The notes under the pieces were generated by a model. The model did no database searches. It was not told the DNA's origin and worked only from the letters and a program-made list of their open reading frames with translations. A stretch of 64,000 nucleotides of DNA, taken from Ramazzottius varieornatus (taxonomy: Eukaryota; Animalia; Tardigrada). The stretch covers positions 240,973-304,972 of the forward strand of contig BDGG01000012.1 of assembly GCA_001949185.1 (NCBI GenBank), given 5' to 3'. The translations under genes were made by a program, and so were the position numbers. Below, in pieces: positions 1 to 11,821 of this stretch. The first letter of the stretch is position 1; the number at the start of each line of letters is the position of its first letter.

Positions 1-138
1 ATGCGCGCCAAAGGTGGGAGACCCTCCTCCTTTCCAAAGAGCAGTGGCGGTTCCAGAACGACTTCTTCGAAATCGAAAACACATCAGCATACCGGAAGCT
101 TTCCGCCTGTGTATGGGTTCTCGGCATATAGCACAGCC

Positions 139-511
139 ATGATCCATCCACGCGTAAGAGACGTCTTTATGTCCGAAGTATTCTGGAAGTCCTTCGTGGC
201 GACCTCGGCGTCTTTGCTCTGCATTACCGGTGGAGCTTTCCTTGCCTACACCAAGATAACGCAGAAGCGCCGGCGCGAACTGGACGAAATTTACAAGGTA
301 TGACACGACTTCCGGGTTGAATATTTAGAATTTAAAAATACTTTATTCAGGTTTCATGCTTTGTTTTCAGAAACGTCGTGGCGATGTGCATCACATGCAA
401 CGTATTCGGCATTTATACGGCCTTCAGCTCGAGGACAATCCCTATTTGAACTCTCAGGACGAGGATACCCCAGAGACGGAACTTGAAAATCCCGCTACAG
501 CAGAAACTTAA
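139..511 (+). CDS. Small single-pass membrane protein of unknown function, 99 aa; exons 139-297 and 371-511
   Basis: In-phase GT-AG splice joins MIHPRV..LLCITGGAFLAY..EIYK to KRRGDVH..ATAET*; one hydrophobic segment followed by a basic stretch. Confidence 0.6.
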
Positions 512-765
512 AACTGTAAATAAACTCTGAGGGAAGAAAACTGATATAAACTCAGTCAGCAAACGCTTTTGATAATAAACTCTGGCGACGGAAAACTCAC
601 CATTGGGAAACAAAAGCTGCGGCGGAAATAACTTATTCTAGTCTAATGTTTTCTCATCACTCGGAGGACGTCAAATTATTATTAGTAACATTGTCCCACC
701 GGTTTATAGCTGCCATAGAGGAAAAGGGAGGTAGGAAAGCGGTAACGGAGATCGGGAAATACTAT

Positions 766-2026
766 CTAGGATGCTTTGACCGAAGAAGCTCCGAAGTTAG
801 TGCGGATGACTTGTCCGGCTTCCAGAGGTGGTTCCATTCGAGCGCGGAGTTCTTCGAGCGCGAGCGAGGTAGAAATATTCGGTTGGGGCAATGTCGCGAT
901 ACCGATCGGAGACCCGGTCTTTTCTTCTTCGGCCTTCGCCTTGGCTTCTTCCGGCGACCCGAAGTGAGGTCGCTGTGAGTCTTGACGGTATACCAAGTTG
1001 CACTCGACTTCCACCGGTCCGTCGTAACCGTTATCGGGTAGGTTCTCAATGAAGCTGACGTACTCTGCCGGGAGATCGCTTTCTCGAGCTCCCGTAGTCA
1101 TGACTCGCTTGTAGACGACAGAAGGCAAAGCGTTCTCTTCGTAAGGCAGAGTCATTTGATAGGTTCGAGCTTTCAACGTGCAACCTTCCGCGGTGGTGAC
1201 GTCAATGGCAAGAGGTCGATACAATCCCAGGTGAACTCCTTCCTGCCTGTAACAAGGAAGTGCATGAATGTCAGTGTTCCTGTGTTACGGGACCTTGCCA
1301 TCTATGCGTTAGCATGGCTCTGGTGTCGACAGTAAATCGATATGGCCATTGGCTGGATTATTTTTAGATGTAACGCTCGAGTATCTCGGGCCATGAAAAG
1401 GATATTCACTTACAATACGTGGAAAAAGTACGGAAGAAATTTGATATTTGGGATGTCGGCAACCGAACTGAACATAATCGTCATCTGAGGTGGCGCACGT
1501 TCCCATTGTCGTTGGCCGACAGTGTGCGCGACTTGGGAAAACCATCGTTTTCAAGTCATTTGCTGACGTCCCATCTATGTATGAACTTTTTATTGGAGAC
1601 TCACAAATCGAGCGCCGGAAGATCGGCACTACGAATCACCCAAATGCATCCCCACATGGAATCCTTGTCGCTTTCTTTGATGGTTGCAACATGTCCGCGC
1701 CATCGTAGGCTGTTGTAATTGAAAGCTAAATGATATCCCTTCAAACGGGCCGGACACAAGCGAGTGGCACTCGGACAGTTAATATGAATTCGCTCAGCGA
1801 AGAGGTTGCTTCCATAGGCAAAGTAATAAAACGTCGGTTCCTTTTCCTTCTCGCCGTGAACCGGAACTTGGCGGGCGTTATCATCGGACTGGACCATGGT
1901 GGAAGGATGCAGGCCTCCGATGGAAGAAGAGGAAAGGAAGCGAACAAGTACTGCGGGGAATGACTGATGGGGAGCAGAAAGAAAGCAGAGCTTCCTGGCT
2001 GCAGCTGAGAAGAACGTCAAGGTCAT
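766..2026 (-). CDS. GGCT: Gamma-glutamylcyclotransferase; exons 2026 (or 1897)-1605 and 1246-766
   Basis: YFAYGSNL motif, WRGHVATI, spliced LDLQEGV containing the catalytic Glu, PSVVYKRVMTTGARESDLPAEYV. Confidence 0.9.
1450..1572. repeat. Family A spaced palindrome, full-length ~123 bp monomer, in GGCT intron
   Basis: GGGATGTCGGCAA...TGGCGCAC-N25-GTGCGCGACTTG...TTTGCTGACGTCCC. Confidence 0.8.
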
Positions 2027-2890
2027 CAAAACGCGCGTATCATCGTATGGTGATAAACTTTGCAATCAAACCTTGATGGAAAGGGTCGTTGAGATAAGTA
2101 CCAAAAGCCCTGACCTGCTAGACACACTCCTCGGGCAGGGAGAAACATTCTGGAAGGAAAGTCGTAAAATCAGCACATCCCTTATCCTAACATTGACATG
2201 GAAAAGGTAGGAGGAAAACGGCAAGTACGTCAGAAATCTAGCGAGAAACGGCATGACATGATGCATCGACGCTTCATAGTTGCATGCTGGGCGTTACATA
2301 AGAACTGCAAGTCACGCTACCTATTTCGTAAACCGTGTTACGAGTTTGTTGAGCTCTTTCGCTTTGCCGCTACCAGATAGTCGGGTAACTCGGGTTCTTG
2401 GTCTGTAGTCACAGACTACAGAGTAAACTGATGATTTCGTCTTATCGATCCATCATCCTTGTTCTCACAGCCTTGAAAACTGTTGTCTGTTGAGGTGAAT
2501 GAACACATGATCAGGACCTGCTGACACAAATAAATTCACGTCAGTTTATAAAATTAGAAAAGTAATCTCAATGTTATAATATTTTAACGGAAAGGTCTCG
2601 AGTTAGGCTGCTCCGGACGGGAATAAGGCACTTCCTGGTCGAGTCCGCCGACTTATCTAAAGCCACGGACTATGGAAATATATAATATGGTAATACGGCC
2701 CTAGCTATGGAAGCCAAGCCAAGGTCGACCGTCTCCGTTTTTCTTCGTAATATCTCAACATCTAGATCAAAGCTAAATTATTCAAGAAGGAAGACCCTTA
2801 ATAGCTTACATCTTCCCGGGAGCCATGCACGAACCGGAAGTTATCAGCTGACTGGCCGACTGCGGTTTGCGATCTCAGCAACCTGCTGCG

Positions 2891-3467
2891 TAGACCTGGC
2901 AATGGTGTGGTTTTACCACACCACACCCAGAAGAAATCACACTTTTTGGTTTCGGTGTGCGCAGAACACCAAATCGAAAACAGTGGTGTCCGTTCCACAC
3001 CGAATTCTCGGTTTCGGTGTCCGAGGACATCACATTACAACAAACCGAAAAACTTCTGGTGCACCATTTCGTAGGAAGGCATGCCTTGATCGTGAACTAA
3101 AGCGGAGCATGACACGCTTCGAGTGGCCAAATATACAGGGAAAACCGACAGGATTAGTAGAATTAAGCATACTGACGTCAGGTTTAGCTTCGGTGTGTGC
3201 GTTGTTGTCATTCGGTTTCTGTTTGTACATCTGTGTTATACCAAGGTTTACTCCCTAGCGGTTATCAAGTAAAAGTTTTGCTTTTTCGGTTTTTCGGTTT
3301 GGTGTGGTGTGGTGCACCAAAAGAATGTTGTCCGATTCACACCACACTAAGAAAGGTGGTGTGACTTTCGCACCGAAAAAGTAGTTTCGGTGTGGAAGAA
3401 CACCAAACCAGAAAACACCACACCACGCCACACCACACCACACCTAATCACACTTTTGCCAGGTCTA
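2891..3467. mobile_element. Non-autonomous hAT-type element (MITE)
   Basis: TIRs TAGACCTGGCAA / TTGCCAGGTCTA; 8-bp flanks CTGCTGCG and GTGCTGCG (7/8 identical, a hAT-length TSD); subterminal CACACC and AAACCGA repeats at both ends; no transposase. Confidence 0.85.
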
Positions 3468-3788
3468 GTGCTGCGCTACCCGTCAGGAAGAGCGATCAGC
3501 ATCGAGGCTGATTGCTTGATGCCTGATCGGTCGTTTTACCTCTTAACGCAATCTCTTAAATGTTTACCTGGACAACACTGATTAGTATCAGTGGATTCAA
3601 CAATCAACATTTCAACTGGAGTGCATTTCCCCTATCTTCTCGGATTCTTATGCAGTTATGCTTTGATCCTCTTGCTTCTTAGCTACTGCCTTCTGGACCT
3701 ACCTAATACGTGTTTCCTTCCTCATAGGTGTAGGGAAAAGAGCTACGGACGGGGAAATTGTGCTTTAGCATCTCCTTTGCCAGCAGAA

Positions 3789-4622
3789 ATGGCCGGAGCG
3801 ACTGATCGCGCAGGTGTTGTGAGCGACGAGCAACGTGATCTCGTACAGAGCGTCTTCCCCGCTCCACCACTCGAGTACTTTGAGAGATATTTCAACCTGG
3901 ATGAAGAAGACGCTGTGGATGATGTGAAAGAACCAACGGAAGGGAACGAACACGTGAACGATGAAATATTACCTGCGTTGCCTTCGAAGCCGGCTCGGCG
4001 GAAACTCCCTTCTCCACCACCAATTCCAGAGGACGGTTGTACAGCCATGTTTAACGATCTCCTGACTCCCAACGACACGCTCATTAGAGACCTAGAGCTG
4101 GATGGCATAGAGCGGCTTGGCGAAGACGGCCTTCCCCGGAAGAAGCTGCTGAAGAGGTTGATGTGGTCAGCAGTGATGAAGCTGATGGAGATACTCGACT
4201 GCCTCACTACAAATCCATCGTCTGAATTTAGAAAACAACTGACTGATGATCTGCATACGATTTTCATTAACTTCCATTACACGTTGAACCTTTACCGTCC
4301 TGCTCAAGCCAAGGAAAGCCTGGTTCAGTTGCTCAAGCTGCAAATGCTGCGTAATGTCAGTCAGACGGAAGTGCTGCTTCAGACCATGTCGAAAGCGATT
4401 GCGCTGATCGAAGGAGTGAAGTCGGAACCGAACAGCGAAGAGTTAGACTCGAAGATGGATGTGGATGTTTCTGTAGACCATTTGGGTACGGGTAGAGGTT
4501 TCGAAGTGGATGTGAGTTCTTTCAGAGTTGTGATGGAACGACTGCGGTCCGATCTGGCAGCAGTCCGCGTTGTTACTGAAACTTTTCTTGACGTACGAAT
4601 GGCTAGTCGTCCTTCCAGGTGA
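3789..4622 (+). CDS. MED7: Mediator of RNA polymerase II transcription subunit 7
   Basis: SVFPAPP, PPPIP..MF, IRDLELDGIERL and LHTIFINFHYTLNLYRPAQAKESL match Med7 conserved blocks; single ORF. Confidence 0.9.
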   Translation: MAGATDRAGVVSDEQRDLVQSVFPAPPLEYFERYFNLDEEDAVDDVKEPTEGNEHVNDEILPALPSKPARRKLPSPPPIPEDGCTAMFNDLLTPNDTLIRDLELDGIERLGEDGLPRKKLLKRLMWSAVMKLMEILDCLTTNPSSEFRKQLTDDLHTIFINFHYTLNLYRPAQAKESLVQLLKLQMLRNVSQTEVLLQTMSKAIALIEGVKSEPNSEELDSKMDVDVSVDHLGTGRGFEVDVSSFRVVMERLRSDLAAVRVVTETFLDVRMASRPSR

Positions 4623-5012
4623 ATCTCGCAACTTGCTGATTTTCTGGAAGAGGATTTATGGCGCTGTGAACCTTCCCAGAAATTTTATAGACCGAAAACC
4701 AAGAAGAATGAAATACATTTTCTATTTTCCCAGTCTCCACTTTCCACGTTGAATTCGCAGTAAACAATCAAGATGGACAATCAACCGGAGAAATTTGTCT
4801 CTTTCAGTGACATCATGCAGAAAAAGTGTAGACTCAGTCACTCAGTAACTCACTTCCCCGCGGAGCGACGCATAACGTCACAATGATAGGTCGTGACTTC
4901 CCGTTTTCCCATTAAATTTGCGCAGCTGCCGTTTCTTCCCTCCATCGGGTAGTATTGTCTTTTGGGACCTAGATTCAACTGCTTCCATCCAGCAAGGATA
5001 GGAATCTGCGTC

Positions 5013-5537
5013 ATGGCTCATCCAACCTTTCCTGACAAGCTGTCCAACATGCGCTGGCCGTGGCAGCCTAAAGAAGAGCCACTGGGCGACCCATCCATCC
5101 CTTCGGAATACGATCTACGCTATCGTTATGGAGGAGGTGTTTTGCAGTTGCCGATAGAAGAGATCAAGGCTTTACAGCAGTGTTCTTGGGACTGCGATTA
5201 CAAATGGGCGCTGCCTGCAGCAGTGATTGGAGCAGGTGCAGTCGCTGCGGGTGGAATGACAGGACTACTGCGGATCAGCGGACCTTTCAACCTAGCCTTC
5301 AAGATGGGATTAGGTGCAGTACCCGGAAGCTTCGTCGGTAGATGGGCTTACATGCGTTACGGGGATTGTCAAAAGCATCTGCCTTTAGTGCTCAAGAATA
5401 GTCCAGCAGGAGTTGACATCAAGACAAAGCTGAACGACATGTCTGGTTACAGCCTCCCTGGCTCCAACAACGTACCACCTTATCCAGGTCCGGCTAGCTA
5501 TCAAGACACGGGATCACACGGTAGAGGAAAAATATAG
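5013..5537 (+). CDS. OCIA domain-containing protein (OCIAD1/asrij-like)
   Basis: EEIKALQQC..WALP, two Gly-rich hydrophobic helices, GSFVGRWAY..CQKH..LKNSPAG fit the OCIA pattern. Confidence 0.7.
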   Translation: MAHPTFPDKLSNMRWPWQPKEEPLGDPSIPSEYDLRYRYGGGVLQLPIEEIKALQQCSWDCDYKWALPAAVIGAGAVAAGGMTGLLRISGPFNLAFKMGLGAVPGSFVGRWAYMRYGDCQKHLPLVLKNSPAGVDIKTKLNDMSGYSLPGSNNVPPYPGPASYQDTGSHGRGKI

Positions 5538-6263
5538 GCGGAATTGTTTGGAGTGTTTATGGATAATTGATCATGTTTTTGGCTTTTAGACTTCGTAAAC
5601 TTCTTCGCTGCGTTTTTATCCGTGAGACTGTCGGAGTGTTTCGGTTACCTTTCTTGACCCTTACCTGCGGCATGTTTTGTCGATATTATTTGCCGGACGT
5701 TCGAATTATTATCGATCGGGTTGTCGTGCTCTCATTCTGGACAGTAAGAATAGCAAAGTTGATCACTGCGGATCTCGGACGCGGAAGTAAATCGGAAGAA
5801 TTCGAAAATCGGAAATTCAGAATTTTTATTTCAGGGTGAATCGAGCCACTTGATTGAGCTATATCTAGATGTAAGATTTTCGTCAGCTGTTCGACTTCCG
5901 GTGACGCCACAGTCTTCCTGGGACCTTCCAGTTAAGTCAGTCCAACTCAGAAAGCTTTCTGAACGCCGTTCCCTCCTTTCTCGTCCCAGATTAAAGCCAA
6001 CTCATAGCAAAGCTTAGGACGAAAGCAGCTTCACCTTCATTCTTTTATCTCGCTGCACGGACATCGAACTGAACCTGGTGAGGAATGTTATCACTGAAAT
6101 GACTGACGTCTTTTCTTTTCTCCAATGTGGTTTTTCTTTCCAGGATTACCTAGGATCATCCTGCACAGTACAGTATGAGTCAGAGTATGATATCGGGTTC
6201 CGTGAGGATCAGTTGAGTGCCTGACTGTGGACCAGGCGAAATTCGTGATAACAAAGCGACCAG

Positions 6264-6707
6264 ATGGCTTTCAGCTCCAGAGGATCATTCACATGGGTCA
6301 GCCTCGTCCTGCTCCTCGTCTTTGTCGCTCTTCGATTAGACGGACGAATAGAATGGAATTGGTTCTATGTCCTATTCCCTGCCTGGATATATGAGAGCGT
6401 TATGCTCATCTTCATTCTCCTTCAAGCTATAACTCAGTGTAGGCAACGTCCGGCAGAAAGAAAGACCATCATATTCGCCAGATGCTGGGACGCCTGTGCT
6501 GTATCGTTCCTGTTAGTCTTTCAAGTTTTACTCTGTCTGAAACTCCAACAGGTCGAAAACATTCCTTCGTACTATGTCATGTTCCCTCTTTGGCTTCTTC
6601 TACTGCAGATAAACGCGTATTTGGTTTTATCGGTTTATGCTCATGAGCGGAACTATGTTGGAGCAACCGCAAGATCGACCACAGCTAGTCGATTTTCTGG
6701 ACTGTAA
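6264..6707 (+). CDS. TMEM60: TMEM60-like four-pass membrane protein (TMEM185A family)
   Basis: LRLDGRIEWNWFYVLFPAWI and FQVLLCLKL..YYVMFPLW repeats; intronless CDS. Confidence 0.75.
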   Translation: MAFSSRGSFTWVSLVLLLVFVALRLDGRIEWNWFYVLFPAWIYESVMLIFILLQAITQCRQRPAERKTIIFARCWDACAVSFLLVFQVLLCLKLQQVENIPSYYVMFPLWLLLLQINAYLVLSVYAHERNYVGATARSTTASRFSGL

Positions 6708-6812
6708 TTCACGATCTGACATGCTGCTTACACACCAAAGGACCATCAATTTAAAATTTGGCACTTTGTACAGGAAATAAAATGAGAAGAAAATACTCTA
6801 AGCGTCTAATAA

Positions 6813-8072
6813 TTAGGATTGGGCGTTGAACGGCATGGGATCACAGTGTTGTGGTTCCAAACTGAAGTTGAAGTGGAAAGCTCTGGCTACATCTCTCAGA
6901 TCGCTTTCAACTCTGTGAAGTCTTATGACTCCTTCCCGAAGCTCTTCGGCTGTCTTCGGACTGGTTAGTACGGGCTCCTTGCCGTAAATGTCAGGCTCCG
7001 CGGGGTAGCTATCATCACCTGCGACAAGATACAGTGTTATATGGATTATAGAGCCTCCACTCGCCCATTGAACCGTAACTTTGCCATCTCTCGAGTTCGG
7101 ATACCCGAACAACGTTTGGAAGTGTCAAAATGAGAGATAAATGTACCGGGAAATATAGCGACAATTCCGTCCGAGCAGCGAACCCGAACGGGCAAGGTAA
7201 GATCGCAACCGTATTTCTGACGCTCTACGGCGAACTTCAGGAGATCTTTCGCACTTTCAAATTGCATAAGGCGACTTAACCTAAAAGGCAAAGCGTTCAA
7301 GCGGTGTACGAAAGACTTGATGGCAAAGAAGACTAGAGTGCTGTACTCGTAAATTTGCGGAGGTGCCATCTTTACTTTACGCTCCATCCTGGCTAGAAGT
7401 GACTGTAAAGGCGACGACCACTCAAACATATCCATCTCATCCCGATGAACGTCTACCTGGACGGCATCGTCGCCTTCTGCAACGAAAAATACGGTGTCGA
7501 ACCTCTTGCTCGATAAATCGATCGGAGTTAACCAATCGCTCCAGATCGCTAGTGCATCTACATCCGGGTATATCGAATGGTGATCGCACATGTCGTAAAA
7601 ATGAGCTGCGTCCTTCAGGACTCTCTTTCTCCATGAGGCTACTTCGGTCTTGATGGGCAGCAGGGACGAAGCAGGTTGAGCGAAGAGGATCCCCGTTTCT
7701 TCGAACGTTTCTCGGATCGCTGTGATCCTCATTCCGATCTCACGAGCGATCTCTCCCGGTCTGTTGACTAAGCATGGCGCACGAGCTGCTCCTTCGGGTA
7801 TGAGCGACGCTTTACCGATATTGTCGAAAAATCTTCGAAACAGATGCGTCCATCTTTCGGAGAAATCATGGCTCTCGACGACTCCACCTGTTAGACCAAA
7901 TTAGAAAGGAATTACATCTCCGACAAGTTCCAGCAATAATATTGTCACCTGGAAAAACTCTTGCTTTGGCGAAGGATCCTGCCGCGCCACGCTGGAGCAT
8001 GAGTATCTTCATAGGATCCCGACCGGCTGCGATGATCAAGCTGGCGGATTCTCTCCATGGCAGGGAAACCAT
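6813..8072 (-). CDS. NUDT19: Acyl-CoA diphosphatase NUDT19-like Nudix hydrolase, about 4 exons
   Basis: WRESASLI, VFPG(G), RITAIRETFEETGIL Nudix box, WSDWLTP, KRFDTVFF, APPQIYE, PGDDSYP. Confidence 0.9.
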
Positions 8073-8661
8073 GTTGGCGGAGAAGGAAACTGGACTATCT
8101 GAAGAAGAAATCAAGATTTGAGAAACTGGAATGTTTTGATTTCTAAACAGCTGATCACTGTTGGCCTGCTTCAGTTCGACGGCGAATTCTGACCTCAACT
8201 CTAATTCCACCGGAAGTGGTAGTGCCTCAGAGATTGATGCGAACTTATCAATGGAAAATCACAGGACGAAGTTGCCAGCTTTTAGGCCGCGCGGTGGAGA
8301 CACATTATACTGCTTCACTACCGCGACTGATCAAATGCGACACGGACGCCCTAGCGGATCGCTCAAAAGTTTCCCCACAAGCTTTTTAACGTTGCGGAAA
8401 TTTCGCTTCCTCCAAGACCGGGCAAAAGATTCCCTACATTTTCCTTTGATTCTGGACCAGTACAGTTAGAGTCCACAAGGTATTTTCGATCTATGGAACC
8501 GAGAACCAAGATGAACGGTTCAGTACAGTCCACTCGTTCGAAATGTACTCCTATTTTTTCGATTTCTATTTGCCACCAGCCAAATCGTTATCGAAGAGCT
8601 TGCCAAAAACCGGAGGAAGTGACGTAAGAGACTGCCCGCAGTCAATCCCAAAAGAAAACAA

Positions 8662-10061
8662 CTACTTATTTTCCACTATCTGGAAGGCGCCAGATTTTCG
8701 GAAACAATTCCGAATGGTCCTACTGTCAACTTTAGACTCTCCCTTCATTATCCACTTAACCGAATGGAGAACAGTTAGTGACTTCTTGTATTCAACGAGA
8801 TTCTGGAAGTCCTTTCGGTTTTCTCGCCGATGCTCGGCCTTGGCAGCGCTTTCATGTGCCTGGAAAGCCTTGATGATGCCCTGGTTCAACGGTTAAATCC
8901 TACTGGTTTGGATCGGAGGTAGGAAAACGAGCCTTACATGAGACAGACTATCGACGTTGTGTCCTGATGCGTTGTGCAACAGGAGTAAAATTTTACGATT
9001 TTGCTTCTCCATTCTTTCGTTCAGCTCCTCCAACCAAGGAGTGAAAACCGCTTTCGTCATCCAAGCTTTCGTGTTGTTCGCCCAGGTGAAGCCTACCTTC
9101 TTAAAACCAAGCTTAGCTTTTGTAAAAGCTCGCGGCTTCTTGGATCGACCAATGATAAGGGGAGGAATCTTTTCTCCTGAGGAACTACAGTAGAATATCA
9201 CCGAGATACGCTCCGTAGCTTTCTTCGACCCTTTTATCCTTTGTCCAACCTTGAGAAGCGTTTTTCGTGGTGTAGAGCGAAGATAGCTACCAGTTCCATC
9301 GCATTTAAAGATCTCGGCGTTCTTATATCCTTGAAGAATCTCCGGCGAATCTTCGGTTATCCACTTCTCTGAAATTTCCGGATCGCTCCCCATTTCTTCC
9401 CCTACAAGTATACCCTGATTAATAACTCAGACTAAGCATCAGACATCTTACCAATTGTAGTGAAGTCTTACCTTGTAGACCCACTGTCTGTAACTGATTG
9501 CTTTTAAGAACGTTAGCAACCCATCCAGCACTGCCACAGAAGTTCTGTACTTTCAAGTTGTTCGCCAGAAGCTTGGATTCTTCTTGGAGATCCGTGAAAG
9601 AAACAGGGAGCCCCTTCTGTACAGAATCTTCATGGTACTTTATCGCTGCGTTGGCAACGATATCGAACTTCCGTTTTCTGGATACAAAGCTTTTCCCAGG
9701 GGTATTCTCAAGTAGAGCGAGGATCTTCTCCCGCTGCTTGTTCATGTTTGAAATCGTCCGTATGGAACGGATATTGAACATCGCCATAACTTCCTTCCTT
9801 TTCCATCTACAAAGAAAGGTCGATAGGATTTGGGAACTTTGCAAACAGAACGTGAAACATCCGTTTTCACACTGGCGCACGTTTCCATTATTATTGGCCG
9901 GTGTTGTGCGCAACTCAAGATAATCGTTCAAGAGTGGATGGTTTTACCTGTGACGGGTACAGTTCCAATATGTTCCGCTTTTCCTCCAACGTTGGTCTAT
10001 CGTGGGTCGTTCCTCGACGAGCAACATTCGATCCGATGGTTGGAGCAGAAACAGACGCCAT
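8662..10061 (-). pseudogene. TIGD4/TIGD6-like pogo transposase pseudogene with apparent introns
   Basis: psq-like TLEEKRNIL, CENP-B-like FCGSAGWV, KERISV, IGRSKKPRAF, NTKAWMT; catalytic motifs decayed (DGTG, LLLHNA, PLNQGII) plus an in-frame stop. Confidence 0.85.
9832..9935. repeat. Family A spaced palindrome inside the transposase intron
   Basis: GGGAACTTTGCAAAC...TGGCGCAC-N25-GTGCGCAACTC. Confidence 0.75.
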
Positions 10062-11821
10062 CTCGATCGTAAGTAAGTCAAGTTCTCGGGATAGAAGGAT
10101 ACAGCGGTCGCAGATCTTCACCGGAAGTGGCTTTCGCTGTTCGCTGTTTATCCGTAGGATATGCTCCATCAGGATTCCCTTCTGTCAAACGAAGCCTTAA
10201 TCCGTTCTGAAATTCGTCCTTGAAAACCTTCAAGGATAATGGAACGAGACGAAAACGTTGCTTAAATTCTTTCAAACGCTACATGACCGATGGAACGTGC
10301 GTAAAATTTGCGCACCAGGTTGCTGCTGTCAGTGAACAAGCAATCAATAGTTTGACAGCTATTTTCGGTCACCAACGGCAGGCCCTTCTGAGTTTTGGCT
10401 GAATTTACGGCCTTGAAATCGAAAACATTGGAGTACATTTCGAACGAGTGGACTGTAGTCCGTGAAATCCAACGCTGATAACCTCGCCCTGCGATTCCAT
10501 ATTATGGAGTTTGTGAGGACAGGTCAGGTCTCATAAAAAGCCGGTCTCATCTTACAGTCTTATGTTTCGCCGAACTGTTGACCAGCTTGAACGCTGTGGA
10601 CCGTCGCTATTGGCCGAGACGGAATCCGAGACCCAAATTCTGAGATCAGGCCTGGTTGATCTCATCAGCATTTCAAACTTTAATGAGACCGGTTTCCGAG
10701 ACCATTCCGTGGTTTATGACCCCAAACTTTCGTACTAATTCACGAAAATATCAGACCATACATATAACATCGGGGAAGTAGAACGCTACAACGGCGGTGA
10801 TTGGCTTCTTGGAATACCGCGAGGTATACCAAATAAATTTTTACGCCGCCATTCTTACTTTTGTGAAACGCTTCCCCAGCATCAAACGTAGTAGAGTTTC
10901 TGTTGAGCCCCCAAAGCTGAAAACCCGTAGCTGGTCGTATCGGAGGGTTAAGAAATTCTTCTCATACGCTTGTCTGATTTCACTGCTGCCCGAGCCGGAT
11001 ATCCAGGCTTGGATGCGCTACCTACTGTGGACTTTGGCCAGGATGGTTGACTTTGCGGGATGATTTCTGGCTCTACCAGAAGTGGAGCTATCTGAGAAGG
11101 ATTGCCTGGTAGAGGCTTTGGAAGAAAAGAAAGATGCGCAGCCCGCAGCCCCAGCGAAGTTGAAAGAAAAAAACCAACGGTGTTTTGTACCGAGACGCTG
11201 CCCTTGGAATGGTGACTGGGCAGAGAACAAGAGACGCAGTTCTCTCCATCGGCGGAAATGAGGATTCGGACACGGTCGCCTTGGCTAGCCAGGCTGATAC
11301 CAGTGAGTTACTATGAAGCAGAATTTCGAACCGGATTCCTGCTCAGGTACCGTTCTTCTACAGGCTTATTCCAGAAAACCGGAAAAGGTACTCACGATGC
11401 TACCGGTGAGGAAGTCACGGGTAAGCGAGCTCAAGTTAAAGTTGATTACGTTTGGATGAGACTGCGCATATTTATTTCGGAAAAGCCCGGGTTGCCGGCT
11501 GAGTTGTTGAAGAAACTGAGAAACAAAGAACCTAAACAAAAAGAAATTTTATTCGACTCGGAATGGGTGCAAAATCAATGTGTAATCGTTGAAGGAAGTC
11601 GGAGTCACAGTCTCAAATCCGGGAAAAGATCGTACGATTAAAAATGGTCATTAAAGAAAAGTACAACATGAGAAGGACGTTCTGAAAAAAGGGAATATGG
11701 GTATCTAGCTGACAACAGCACATCGCTGCTAACAACCTTTGGAGTTCTTGAAGTGCAAGCCGACTGCCGTCGGACTCCCAGCTTTACCTCATCGGCAAAC
11801 CTGCCCTTGGAAAATGTGGCG

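Larger units (their letters stand above)
8526..10455 (-). mobile_element. Tigger/pogo-family DNA transposon, full length but inactive
   Basis: 41-bp TIRs starting CAGTCCACTCGTTCGAAATGTACTCC (2 mismatches); TA at 8524-8525 and 10456-10457; encodes transposase remains. Confidence 0.92.

Noticed and set aside
2428-2524. Possible C/D-box snoRNA (TGATGA ... CTGA)
   Set aside because: Imperfect C box, no terminal stem, no guide sequence I can recognise.
2707-3443. ORFs of 183, 66 and 62 aa over the CACACC-rich region
   Set aside because: Chance frames across the hAT MITE's subterminal repeats.
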